From: Narcine bancroftii
Taxonomy: Eukaryota
Length of the DNA stretch: 64,000 nucleotides
Assembly (NCBI RefSeq): GCF_036971445.1
Contig: NC_091469.1
Span: 154,070,001 to 154,134,000 of the forward strand
Direction: 5' to 3'
In this document: positions 47,718 through 60,769 of the stretch, one piece after another
How the letters are laid out: every line of letters starts with the position of its first letter
How positions within the stretch are numbered: the first letter of the stretch is position 1
The notes under the pieces: model-generated
Database searches by the model: none
Seen by the model: only the letters and a program-made list of their open reading frames with translations
What the model was told of the DNA's origin: nothing
Position numbers and translations under genes: made by a program

Positions 47718-50704
47718 GCACGTAGGCATAAATACCTAACCCTCTTCTCCTCCCCACGTAGGCATAAATACCTAACCCTCCTCCTCCCCACGTAGGCATA
47801 AATACCTAACCCTCTTCTCCTCCCCACGTAGGCATAAATACCTAACCCTCCTCCTCCCCACGTAGGCATAAATACCTAACCCTCTTCTCCTCCCCACGTA
47901 GGCATAACTACCTAACCCTCCTCCTCCCCACGTAGGCATAAATACCTAACCCTCTTTTCCTTCCCACGTAGGCATAAATACCTAACCCTCTTCTCCCCAC
48001 GTAGGCATAAATACCTAATCCTCTTCTCCCCACGTAGGCATAAATACCTAACCCTCTTCACCTCCCCACGTAGGCATAAATACCTAACCCTCTTCTCCCC
48101 ACGTAGGCATAAATACCTAACCCTCTTCTCCTCCCCACATAGGCATAAATACCTAACCCTCTTCTCCTCCCCACGTAGGCATAAATACCTAACCCTCTTC
48201 TCCTCCCCACGTAGGCATAAATACCTAACCCTCTTCTCCTTCCCACGTAGGCATAAATACCTAACCCTCTTCACCTCCCCACGTAGGCATAAATACCTAA
48301 CCCTCTTCTCCCCACGTAGGCATAAATACCTAACCCTCTTCTCCTCCCCACATAGGCATAAATACCTAACCCTCTTCTCCCCACGTAGGCATAAATACCT
48401 AACCCTCTTCTCCTCCCCACATAGGCATAAATACCTAACCCTCTTCTCCTCCCCACGTAGGCATAAATACCTAACCCTCTTCTCCTCCCCACGTAGGCAT
48501 AAATACCTAACCCTCTTCTCCTTCCCACGTAGGCATAAATACCTAACCCTCTTCTCCCCACGTAGGCATAAATACCTAATCCTCTTCTCCCCACGTAGGC
48601 ATAAATACCTAACCCTCTTCTCCCCACGTAGGCATAAATACCTAACCCTCTTCTCCTCTCCATGTAGGCATAAATACCTAACCCTCTTCTCCTCCCCACA
48701 TAGGCATAAATACCTAACCCTCTTCTCCTCCCCACATAGGCATAAATACCTAACCCTCTTCTCCTCCCCACGTAGGCATAAATACCTAACCCTCTTCTCC
48801 TCCCCACGTAGGCATAAATACCTAACCCTCTTCTCCTCCCCACGTAGGCATAAATACCTAACCCTCCTCCTCCCCACGTAGGCATAAATACCTAACCCTC
48901 TTCTCCTCCCCACGTAGGCATAAATACCTAACCCTCCTCCTCCCCACGTAGGCATAAATACCTAACCCTCTTCTCCTCCCCACGTAGGCATAACTACCTA
49001 ACCCTCCTCCTCCCCACGTAGGCATAAATACCTAACCCTCTTTTCCTTCCCACGTAGGCATAAATACCTAACCCTCTTCTCCCCACGTAGGCATAAATAC
49101 CTAATCCTCTTCTCCCCACGTAGGCATAAATACCTAACCCTCTTCACCTCCCCACGTAGGCATAAATACCTAACCCTCTTCTCCCCACGTAGGCATAAAT
49201 ACCTAACCCTCTTCTCCTCCCCACATAGGCATAAATACCTAACCCTCTTCTCCTCCCCACGTAGGCATAAATACCTAACCCTCTTCTCCTCCCCACGTAG
49301 GCATAAATACCTAACCCTCTTCTCCTTCCCACGTAGGCATAAATACCTAACCCTCTTCACCTCCCCACGTAGGCATAAATACCTAACCCTCTTCTCCCCA
49401 CGTAGGCATAAATACCTAACCCTCTTCTCCTCCCCACATAGGCATAAATACCTAACCCTCTTCTCCCCACGTAGGCATAAATACCTAACCCTCTTCTCCT
49501 CCCCACATAGGCATAAATACCTAACCCTCTTCTCCTCCCCACGTAGGCATAAATACCTAACCCTCTTCTCCTCCCCACGTAGGCATAAATACCTAACCCT
49601 CTTCTCCTTCCCACGTAGGCATAAATACCTAACCCTCTTCTCCCCACGTAGGCATAAATACCTAATCCTCTTCTCCCCACGTAGGCATAAATACCTAACC
49701 CTCTTCTCCCCACGTAGGCATAAATACCTAACCCTCTTCTCCTCTCCATGTAGGCATAAATACCTAACCCTCTTCTCCTCCCCACATAGGCATAAATACC
49801 TAACCCTCTTCTCCTCCCCACATAGGCATAAATACCTAACCCTCTTCTCCTCCCCACGTAGGCATAAATACCTAACCCTCTTCTCCTCCCCACGTAGGCA
49901 TAAATACCTAACCCTCTTCTCCTCCCCACGTAGGCATAAATACCTAACCCTCTTCTCCTCCCCACGTAGGCATAAATACCTAACCCTCTTCTCCTTCCCA
50001 CGTAGGCATAAATACCTAACCCTCTTCACCTCCCCACGTAGGCATAAATACCTAACCCTCTTCTCCCCACGTAGGCATAAATACCTAACCCTCTTCTCCT
50101 CCCCACATAGGCATAAATACCTAACCCTCTTCTCCCCACGTAGGCATAAATACCTAACCCTCTTCTCCTCCCCACATAGGCATAAATACCTAACCCTCTT
50201 CTCCTCCCCACGTAGGCATAAATACCTAACCCTCTTCTCCTCCCCACGTAGGCATAAATACCTAACCCTCTTCTCCTTCCCACGTAGGCATAAATACCTA
50301 ACCCTCTTCTCCCCACGTAGGCATAAATACCTAATCCTCTTCTCCCCACGTAGGCATAAATACCTAACCCTCTTCTCCCCACGTAGGCATAAATACCTAA
50401 CCCTCTTCTCCTCTCCATGTAGGCATAAATACCTAACCCTCTTCTCCTCCCCACGTAGGCATAAATACCTAACCCTCTTCTCCTCCCCACATAGGCATAA
50501 ATACCTAACCCTCTTCTCCTCCCCACGTAGGCATAAATACCTAACCCTCTTCTCCTCCCCACGTAGGCATAAATACCTAACCCTCTTCTCCTCCCCACGT
50601 AGGCATAAATACCTAACCCTCTTCTCCTCCCCACGTAGGCATAAATACCTAACCCTCTTCTCCTCCCCACATAGGCATAAATACCTAACCCTCTTCTCCT
50701 CCCA
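47718..50704 (+). repeat. 36/33-bp minisatellite (cgtaggcataaatacctaaccctcttctcctcccca), ~85 units
   Basis: Directly visible; higher-order periods of 1086 and 669 bp. Confidence 0.98.
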
Positions 50705-50780
50705 CAAAATAAATGCATTGTGCAAATAACGTACAGGCAGAACTATTACTAATCTAAAAAACTATGTTGTTCCTGTAGAC

Positions 50781-50967
50781 CAGGGGGTTCCCAACCTTTT
50801 TATTCCTCTGTACCCCTTGGGCATTTTTGTAGGTTCCCGTGCAATCTGACTGCAGATTCCAACACCATGTATTGTACAGTAGTGGCTATTCTCTCAGACC
50901 CAATGTTCCCCCTGAAAAGTGCAAATGGACCGCTGGGGGTACATGTACCCCAGGTTGGGAACCCCTG
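50781..50967. mobile_element. hAT MITE with perfect 8-bp TSD
   Basis: TIRs cagggggttcccaacct / aggttgggaacccctg; TSD CTGTAGAC at 50773-50780 and 50968-50975. Confidence 0.92.
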
Positions 50968-51029
50968 CTGTAGACCAAGGGTGAGGATTATGAGCAATTA
51001 TAAAATAAGTATGATGTGTTGGATTTCCA

Positions 51030-52545
51030 AGTCATTGAACATTGCCTTTCAATCGCTCAGGAGAATGCTTTTCTCTCTTTGATCGTCTCAGAGAGGTAGG
51101 CTCCACCGGGGTACTTTGCGAATTCTCTGGACTCTTTGCCTTTGGTGGTAATAGCTCGGATGATGGTGAGGTCTGTGAAATTTGTCTTTGGCAACCCCCA
51201 TTTGAGCATGGCATAGGACTGTAGGATGGAGCAGGACGTGGTGAAGGGGTGCTTGGTTGAGTCATGAAGGTCCTCTGAGGAGTTATGGGACTGCTTGACT
51301 GAGGGCAGTTCAGTTGAGACAGCTGAAGATATTTCTGGAATGTTGACAGTAGCATGGGCTCAAGGGATTTCGTCAGGAACCTCGTGAGGAACATGAGCCA
51401 TGGGTGTGCCCATAGGATCATCCACTGCTGTCAACTGGTCTATATGTTTCCATATTTTAGTTTGTACCAGTATGGAATAAGGACAAGGACTTAATCTTTT
51501 TAAGGTTAACTTCCCTCACCCATGGCTCCCTATTATCCCAGTTGTCTTGTACCAGTACTGTGTCTCCCACTTTTAGCGATCTGGTAGGTTTACTGGGAGA
51601 TGTGGTTTGTTCAATTCAAAGGAAAATTTTTACATTGAAACATCAATTCAACTGGTGTTCTTTTTGTAGTAGAGTGAGGTGCGTTTGTATAGCCTAACAA
51701 AATCTGCAATTTTGAGGCTCCATGATGTAATTAAGTATTTCTTAGTTTTCCTTACTTTTTTGAAGTCCTGTACAAAATGTTCTGCTTCCCCTTTTATGCT
51801 TGGATGGTAGGGTGCTGACAGGACATGTCAAATACTGTTAATCTGTAGGAATACTTTAAAAGCCTCCGATACAAACTGGACCATTATCGGAAGCTAGTTC
51901 AAATTGCAAATATACTTTGCAATTGTTCAATTTCCTGGTCTGTCGTTGTTTTCCTCGTGTATACTACCACTGGCCATTTGGAGTGTGCATTGACCAGCAA
52001 AATCAATGTGAATCCTATGGAAGTGTTGTGATCCAAGGATTCGCTTTGGCTTGAGGGGCTCGGGGTTGCACATCTTGACAAATGTCGCATCTTCTTTCAG
52101 CTTGTTCAATGGCCCATTGAGGGCCACCTTCGTGTGCCAACACCTTCATTCAAACCATCCCTGGGTGGTTGTGGAGTTCTGTTAATATAGTTGTTTGTCA
52201 TTTTGTAGGGATGATTTTCTGGTTCCTCACAATGAACAACCTTCCTCAACTGATATTTCACAGCATCTTGCATAGTAAGGTTTTAGTTCTTCTGATGTCG
52301 TTTCGGCCTTGGGCCACCCATTTGACGTGAAGTAGAGGACCCTTGATAGTATAGCTTTTTGTACTTTACTGATTGTTTTTGCTGTAATAGATAAACAGCG
52401 AAGTCTATTTAATTATCTTGATTTTCCGTTTAGTTTCTGGTAGGGGCAGGTGAAAAAGCGCATCAGCATCATTGTTTTGTGTAGCTGGTTTATGTTTTAA
52501 ATCGTTGTTGTATGCGGCGAGCAAAATGGCCCATCTTTGAATTGA
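51030..52545 (-). mobile_element. Decayed Ty3/Gypsy pol 3' part (RNase H end, integrase)
   Basis: HRIHIDFAG, LVNAHSKWP, SAPYHPS and the terminal LRRSKREKHSPERL motif. Confidence 0.8.
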
Positions 52546-52669
52546 GTCAAATTATACATTTTCTAATTTGGCACAGGATGAAAAATTAAGGGATTCAAGA
52601 ACTGAATTTGGTAGTATCTTTTAAATAATAGCCTAATGATTGAGCACAGAGAAGCTGGAGGGACTCAGA

Positions 52670-53200
52670 ACAAATCTCTGGTGAGACACACTTAGAATCT
52701 TGGGTTCAGTTCTGGTCACTTCATAACAGGAAGGATGTGGAAGTTATGGGTGCAGAGACGATTTACCAGGATGTTGCCTGGATTGGAAAATATGAGATAA
52801 TGTTTGCAGAGCTAGGACTTTTTTCTTTGGAGCAAAGAAGGATGAGAGGTGACTTAATAGAGGCCTACAAGATTCTGAGAGGCATGGGTAAGATGGACAG
52901 CCAGCATCTATTTTCTCATGGCGGGAGAGGCTATATCTCTAAAGTGAAGGGAGGAAAGTTCAGGGGAGGCAACAGGGATGTGTTTTTTTTACACAGAGTT
53001 GTGGGTCCCTGGAATGCATTGCCAGGGGTAGTGGTGGAGGATGAAAAATTAGGGTCTTTTAAGAGACTCTTAGACAAGCACATGGTTGAAAAAAAAGGCT
53101 TATGAGGGTAGGAAGAGTTTAGTTTTTTTTTGTTAGGAATATATAGGTTGGCACAACATTGAGGGGTGTGAGGGGTGAAAGGCCTGTTCTGTGTCCTACT
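52670..53200 (+). mobile_element. CR1 3' fragment
   Basis: LGLFSLEQRRMRGDLIEAYKI and FFLHRVVGPWNALP. Confidence 0.9.
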
Positions 53201-54119
53201 ATCGGCCAGTATGTATGGCTAATTTAATTCACACCGCTTTGCTCTAATTGTGTCCCTACACCAGTGGTTCTAAACCTTTTTTGTCATCGCACGTACCACC
53301 TTAAGTAATTCCTTATTAACCACAGCACCTATGAATGTTGGGAATTATGGATTACTTACATTTTTTTAAAGTTATGGTAGTGTCATCAGTTTGATTGCAG
53401 CAGCCATTTTTTGAATGCACTTGTGAGCTCCCAAAACAACAGGGAGTAGGTTAGATTTTCAAATGTATATCAACTCTTTTCAATGAATGTTAAAAAAAAC
53501 CCCAGTAATGCTCAGATTAATTTTGTATGTTTATTTGCAATAGATTGTTGCCTTGTAAAGCTAAGCATTTCAAATTTATGGTCGTCCAGGAAATTTCCAT
53601 TAGGATTGGTTTTCCTTTCTCCTCATTTGCATACCCATGATATAGGCCGTTTTGGATTTCATTTCCATCCTATTGCCTGTGTTGTCGTTACCACCTTTCT
53701 CCCCAAAACTCCCCCAACCCCTTCACCCATCCACCAAATGTTGATATCCATGATCTGTCACCGCTCCTTAAATAATCACATTCTTTGATCTTGGACTGAA
53801 GTTGCTAGTATATATTTGCTGTTGTCAATCATTTGACCAAATACAGCATTTAATGGAAAATCTGTCATCTCAATACATGAAACATGAGAAAAATGTTCAA
53901 GCTTCAAGTTCACATTTATGTTTATTGAGGTATAGTGAGAAAGTTCCTTTTGTGATGACGCCAGCTGTAAATCCAGTGTACCGAATGACCAGGGAGAGAT
54001 CAGTTAGAACAGAGCAAAGGAGCATTATTTTACTGGCATGATGTATGTTCAGGAATATTTGCTGTTCAGTTAGTTGGGAACCCTATAATAAAACCTCAGA
54101 CTTCCCCCTTCACCTTGGT

Positions 54120-54420
54120 AAAAGTCTGCAGACCCCGTGATTGAAGTAAAAACACAATGCTGGAGAAGCTCATCTGTATTTTCATCAGGACATGAGCAAA
54201 ATGTTGGGAGATAGCCAAACAAATGGGGGGGGGGGGGTGTGTGTGTGTTTGTGTGTGGGGTGGGGGTGGGGGTGGTAGGAGCATCATGCGAAAAACAGGT
54301 AATAAGGGAGGGAGGGCACATCAGCAGACACAAGAGGTGGGATACCTCTGTGAATGGCCTTGTGTACTGTCAACCCAAGGACACCTGCAAATTGGAGGAG
54401 CAACACCTAATATTCATCCT
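54120..54420 (-). mobile_element. Penelope-related terminal-repeat fragment
   Basis: aaacacaatgctggagaagctca motif shared with the other Penelope ends; caaattggaggagcaacacctaatattc is similar to 12210. Confidence 0.5.
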
Positions 54421-55270
54421 CATCCCTCTCCACATCTCCCCCCCTTTCCTCTCCATTCCCAGTCTTTCCATTCGAATGATCCCAATTGGACTCCTGTTTA
54501 TTTCAAAACACAATTTCAGAAACCAACTAAACCAGATAAAGAGAAAATCATGTTCATGTTTATTCTATTGCAAAAATACAATCTGACGAAACAGCATTCT
54601 GTCCTCCGGGGCAGAAACACAATTAGATAAATGATACATCTGTAGTATATAATCATGAAAAAAAGTTAAATGTTGTTGAATAGAGTCTTGGAGGGTTATT
54701 GATTTGAAAAATACAGTAATATGAAACACAATTTGTACTATTCTGTTTCATTTAGTGTGAGTATCACTAAGGGCTAGTACAAGCTGCAACCATTCATTGC
54801 TTTGGAGAGACTGGGTGACAACAGCTAGTACAGGTTGTATCCAAATTCGCTACTTTGGAGAGGAGAAAGAACGTTTGTTGCCTTTTCCAGAGACGCAGGT
54901 GGTGAGAGAGTCATGTGTGTGGAACAGTGACCGTCTCATTGAATAAGGAGCAGGAATGACTGGTAATGGATAATTCGGATGATTCTCCCTGTCAGGAGAA
55001 TTATTGAACCCCACCGTGACCAAAGGTGACCTGTATTTGGGTTTTGGAAGCATCATGGAAGTCATGCGTTTTGTTTCCTCTATGCAAGGAAAAGGGGAGT
55101 TGTGACAAAAGGATATTTCCCTGGAAGAAACCCGGCAAGGATTCGTGAGTTTTCAGCAGTCCGGTTGCTCAGTCTCACCCAACTCCTTCATTATTACTTC
55201 TGTGCATCAGTTTACAAGTCTGCGTTTCTTCACTGGATTTCTAAGGCTGAACTTTGGAAGAACTTTCCAG

Positions 55271-55279
55271 GCGCGCACG

Positions 55280-55330
<51 letters not shown>
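55271..55330. repeat. (CG)n(CA)n alternating purine-pyrimidine microsatellite
   Basis: gcgcgcacgcgcgcgcgc followed by ~21 CA units. Confidence 0.95.
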
Positions 55331-55332
<2 letters not shown>

Positions 55333-56084
55333 TTAATAAATATAGTGTTTTAAAAGAAAAAAAACATTGCCTTGGTGAATTTCCATTGCTGCCGATCTAC
55401 AATGCAAGATACTCTCTTCTAGGATGGAACAACTAAATGTGTTAACAGTTTTGGACATATTTTACCATCATTATCGATGACAGTTACAAAGAAGAATAAA
55501 TTAGCGTCGTTCAATGCATTGCTTGTGATCTATTTATCATAGATGCATGGATTGTAAAATATTAATTTCAAATGTCATGGAAAGATCTTTTGAATTAAGT
55601 TGTGAAGTTTTAAGATCTCAGTAATAAAGTAGATTTATTCAGTACTTAAAGTTTTTAAACTGAGCTTTTACTTATCGAGTATAACACATTCTGCTGTACA
55701 TCGAAAACCTTAAACAATGATTCTTATTGTACAACCAAGCTGTTTCATTTTACCCAAGGTCATTAATTCATCCTTTAATTTTAAATGCATTGCTTATTAC
55801 AAGTCATTAAAACAACAAGGCTGTAAACAAATAATTGGAAATAGATTATATTTGAATTGCTCGTAAAAACACGGTCATCAAGTAATGGTTTGATATAAAT
55901 AAATGTGCTGGAGAACCACGAAAAGTGATAAAAGGTGCGTTCAGTTATTTACAACTTTTTTGCAGAATGTTAATGTTTATTCTGTGACGACTCACATAAA
56001 AGAGTTTTAAGAATATTAACGCAGTCAAGATTTATGTGTATATATATTTTTCTCTTTCTGTTTGGTTCGCATCCAGGAAATGAG

Positions 56085-56220
56085 ATGGAGAACAAAGAGT
56101 CACATGGTTGGTGTGCTGGACTGGATCACAAACAAATATCTACGCATGCTCAACAGATAATCAAAGCCATTCGATCTGAGCATACAAGGAGAATGCAAAA
56201 ATCAGGAGACAACAAATGCT
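56085..56220 (+). CDS. POLN: DNA polymerase nu, probable first coding exon
   Basis: MENKESHGWCAGLDHKQISTHAQQIIKAIRS resembles the human POLN N-terminus as recalled ([30 protein letters not shown]). Polypyrimidine acceptor ...catccag| at 56076 and donor |gtgagt at 56221. Position matches known HAUS3/POLN synteny. Confidence 0.75.
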
Positions 56221-56359
56221 GTGAGTTGTCACTCAAGGTCTTCCTGGAAATCCCAGTTTGGTTTTTGCAGCCTTACATAAATATCCTATTAAATTTAAAT
56301 CTTGAGCTATCCCAGAATATAGATTATCATGGGACACTAGGAGATAGCAGAGGAACTAA

Positions 56360-58110
56360 ATGAGTATTTTGTATCAGTCTCACTATGGAAGACACTAGGA
56401 GTGTGCCAGGTGTTGAAGGGTATCAGGGAAGGGAAGTGAATGCAGTTACTATTTAAGGGAGAAGATGCTTAGAAAGCTGGTCTCAAGGTGGATAAATCTG
56501 GACCAGATGGATTGCACCTTTGGGTTCTGAAAAAGAAGTGGTGGTAGAGATTGTGGAAGGATTGGTAATGATCTTTCAGGTATCGATAGATTCTGGCATG
56601 ACCCCAGAAGACTGGGAAATTGCAAATCTCAAGAAAGGGGAGGGAGTTGACAGCAGAAAGGAAATTATAGGCCGGTTATCCTGACATCAGTGGTGGGAAA
56701 GAAAGTTGCAGAAAAGGATGAGGTTATGGAGTACTTGGAGGCACATAACAGGGTAGGCCAAAACCAGCATGGTTTTCCTTAAGGGAAAGTCTTGCTTGAC
56801 AAATTAATTGGAATTCTTTGAGGAAGGGCAAGCAGGCTGCATAAGTGGATGCTGTGTATTTCGATTTTCAGAAGCCGTTTGATAGGTGCCACACCTGAGG
56901 CTACTTGACAAGCTAAGAGCCCATGGTATAACAGGAAACATACAGGTGTGGTAGAGCATTACCTGATTGGCAGGAAGCAGCGAGTTGTAATACATGGATC
57001 ATATTCTGATTGGCTGCCAGTTGTCAGTGATGGTCCACAGGGACCAGTGTTGGAGCCGCTTCTCTTGATGGTATATTAATGATTTTGATTTTGGAATTAA
57101 TGGCTTTGTGGCCAAGTTCGCAGATGATACAAAAAGGTAGGTGGAGGAGCAGGTAGTGTAGAGGAAACATGGAGGCTGTGGAAGGACTTGGACAAAATTA
57201 GGAGAATGGGCAGAAAAGTGGCAAATGAAATGTAATGTCAGACAGTATATGGTCAGGCACTTTGGTTAGAAAATAAACAAGCAGACTATTTTTTAAATAA
57301 GGAGAAAATGAAAATACCCAGATGCAAAGGAACCTGGGAATTCTCATGCAGGAGTCTCTGAAGGTAAACTTGCATGTGGAGACGGTGGTGAAGAAAGCAA
57401 ATGCAATGTTCGCTTTCATTTCAAGAGGAATAGAATATAAGAGCAGGGATGTGATGTTGAGGCTTTATAAGGCACTGGTGCAACGTCACTTGGAGTATTG
57501 TGAGCAGTTTTGGGCTCCTCAATTAAGAAAATGTGCTGACTTTGGAGAAGGGTAAAAGGAAGTTCACTAGGATGATTCTGGGAATGAAAAGATTATCATA
57601 TGAGGAGCGTTTAACTGCTCTTGGCCTGTATTTGTTGGAATTTAGGAGAATGGGGGGATGGTGGGTAGATCTCATTGAAACATTTCACATGTTGAAAGGC
57701 ATGGACAGAGTAGGTGTAGAAAGGTTGTTTCTCATGGTGGGAAAGTCTAGGACAGTTTTTTCAATCTTTTTTCTCCACCTAAGTACCATCTTAAGTAATC
57801 TCTTACTAACCACAGAGCACCTATGGCATCTTAGACTAGGAGAAGAGGGCACAACTTCTGGATTGAAGTGTGTCCGCTTAGAACAGAAATGTGGAGGAAT
57901 TTCTTCAGCCAGAGGTTGAAAAATCTGTGGAATTTTTGGCCATAGGCAGTTGTAGAGGCCAGGCCATTAGATATGTTCTTGATTAGCCAGGACATGAAAG
58001 GTTATGGGGAGAAGGCTGAGTGGGAAAATGGATTAGCTCATGATTAAATGGCACAGGAGACTCGATGAGCTGAATTAGCCTATTTCTGCTCATATGTCTT
58101 CAGGTCTTCT
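56360..58110 (+). mobile_element. Decayed CR1 ORF2 (RT) with a small hAT MITE remnant at ~57753-57833
   Basis: GNYRPVILTSVV, KFADDTK, HLEYCEQFWAP; the insert is flanked by gtctagga/gactagga. Confidence 0.9.
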
Positions 58111-60039
58111 AGTTGTTCAAGTGAACCGGTACGGACTTGAAGGGCCGACATGGCCTGTTTCCGTGCTGTAAACGGTTATATGGTTATATGGAAATACATT
58201 GTTTTGATTTAGTAGCTTGCTGAAACGTCTTTTTTTTTGATAGGTTGGAGGGGTGTAGGATTGCTCCAGGTTATTTAAGGCTGTTCATTGGGGAGACTAC
58301 TTGCAGATTTTATTTAATTACTTGAACTTAAATTCCCCTCATCTGATGAGGTGAGATCAATAGCCTAAAACTCTAGCTACTAGTCTGGTAACTTAAGAAT
58401 TAAGATTAAAAAAAAAGTCTCAGTAAACTTAATCATGAAACCATTGGTTGCCATATATATCTATCTTATTCACTAATGTCCAGCAATGAAAAAAACTTTG
58501 CCTTCCTTATTGAGACTGTTCTATGTGTGGTCCCAGGCCACCATCTTGGTCGACATCTGTCTGCCCAGCTCAGATGCTGCTATTGCCAGGGACATAAATA
58601 GATTCTGTGAATATTAAATCAGAGTTAAATATAGAAATGCAGTTTTTAAAAAATATTTAATAACACCCATAGCCTATTTCTAACAAGTGTTTTCCTTTAT
58701 TAAATATATACATCTTGTGTATATATTTTGAGCAATTATCGGGGTATGTAAAATTTTTAACAGATCTAACTATAAATTGTAAAATATTTTGTAATTGAGT
58801 TTAGATCTTACTTTAAGCAAAACAATTCATGACATGCCAATTGCCCATTTGAAATTCTGTAGCTTCCTCTGTTTAGAGTCTTAACTCATTTATTTTACTC
58901 ACAATTAATGAAGATAAAATTTCCATGAAATATCAAACCGTCTGATACAGATATCAGGATCCTAGAAAAATAACCTAAAATAATGAAGGTAAACAAGAAG
59001 TGTGCAGATGCTGAGGTCGAGTGTAGTGCACAAAAGTGCAGAGAAACTCAACAGGAGAATATGAGAATCATGAAATATTTTCCAAGTGGTTTCTACCTCA
59101 ACCTGTTTCTTTATTTCTCTTGCTTTCTGTCCTGTACCTTGACACCACTTGTCCTCTCCCCTAGCTTCTGTTCCCCCTTTACATACATAATATCAGCTTT
59201 TTCTTTAACTTAGTCCAGATAACAGGTCTTGACCTGAAACCACTTCTATCTATGGATTCTAGCTGACATGCTGAGTTCCTCCAGCAGCTTTTTCTTGGCA
59301 GTAATAAATATTAGGACTATTTGGAAATTGATATTAAACAGCTTTCTAAAAAAAATTACTTGCATTGCAGAAAAGGCCAGCATTTCTTATCCGTCAGAAG
59401 GTGGTGGTAAATTCTTGTTGCTGCAGTCCTAGTGCTTCCCAGAATTGGACCCAGTGATATTGGAATGCCAATATTTTTCCACATCAGGATGTTCATTGAC
59501 TTCATTGATAAATATCCCTCCCAAAAATGAGATAAAATAATGGTGATTTTTCATTTGTCCAGTTTATGGTTAGCACGACACTATTGCAGCGCAAGCAACC
59601 CAGGTTTGAATCTGGCGCTAAATGTAAGGAGTTTATGTTCTCCCTCTATCTGTGTGGGTTTCCTCCAGGTGCTCCACTTTCCTCTCACCCTCCAAAACAT
59701 GAGGTTTATTTTGGTGTCATTGGCTTCTACCATGCTGTATATATAAAAAAAAAGTTTAACTCAAGACATTGAGTAGAAACGTTTTCCTGAAGAGGAGGAA
59801 GTTTTAAGAAGATATGCATGACATATTTTTACACAAAGTGGCGGGTGCCTGGAATGGGTCGCCAGGATTAGTGGTGGAAGCCGATACAGTACCAGAGTAG
59901 TATTTAAGAGGCATTGTGACACACATGAATGTGAAAGGAAGAGAGGGACATCTATCATGTTCAAGCAGTGGAGTTTAATTTGATTCGGACATCATATGTG
60001 GGGTGAAGGGCCTGCTCGTGTGCTGTACTATTTGATAAT

Positions 60040-60330
60040 GTTCTATGGTCTGGAAATTGTTCTGCACAAGATAGAGAGGAACTCCAGCGGGAACAGTAGA
60101 GGAAACTGCCCAAAGGATTGTTGGAATGCAATTGCCTACCATTGAATCTATCTATAGGGGACGATGTTTGGACAGGGCAAGGAATATCATTAAAGACGCA
60201 ACACACCCTAACCTTGAACTATTTACTCTCCTACCATCGGGCAGACGTTATAGGAGAACTACTCGACTTGAAAAGAGCTTTTTTATGAAGCCATGATAAT
60301 GTTAAATACCAATTTACAGTGTTGAGTAGT
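60040..60330 (+). mobile_element. Rex1/Babar-like LINE 3' fragment
   Basis: Translation ARNIIKDATHPNLELFTLLPSGRRYR is typical of the Rex/Babar C-terminus. Confidence 0.7.
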
Positions 60331-60769
60331 GCTGCATTTATATTTCAGAATCAGTCATTTATTTAACAATTTATTTTAAAATAAGGTGGTTTTAATTGTA
60401 CGGTTTATTGTATGTTTTTTATTGTAATGTACGTAATTCTATTTTACACTCTGGTCGACACTGATGATGTTTCATTGGGCAATAGTGACATCACATGTCG
60501 AGTGTACAACTCACTCAGCAGAGACACAACCTGGATGGGTAAACCTGGGAAACTGGGGAAAGCCACAGGTAAGGGCCTGTGCTTGTGCTCATTAACCAAC
60601 ACTGGACATCCTGATGAAGTTCACGAATCTGAAATGTCAAATCCATTTTTTACCCATGGATGCTGCTCAAGCTGCTGTGTATTTGCAGCATTTTCTGTTT
60701 TTGTATTGGGAGTACAGAGATTTTAAGGAATGGACTGGCAAGAATTCTCACCCTCTGTGTCAGAACATA

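Noticed and set aside
47718-50704. CRISPR-like appearance (36-bp repeats)
   Set aside because: Units are contiguous with no unique spacers, there are no cas genes, and the context is vertebrate
47657-50725. Long - strand ORFs (EEKRVRYLCLRG and GRRRGLGIYAYV repeats)
   Set aside because: Minisatellite translation artefacts with no non-repetitive head or tail
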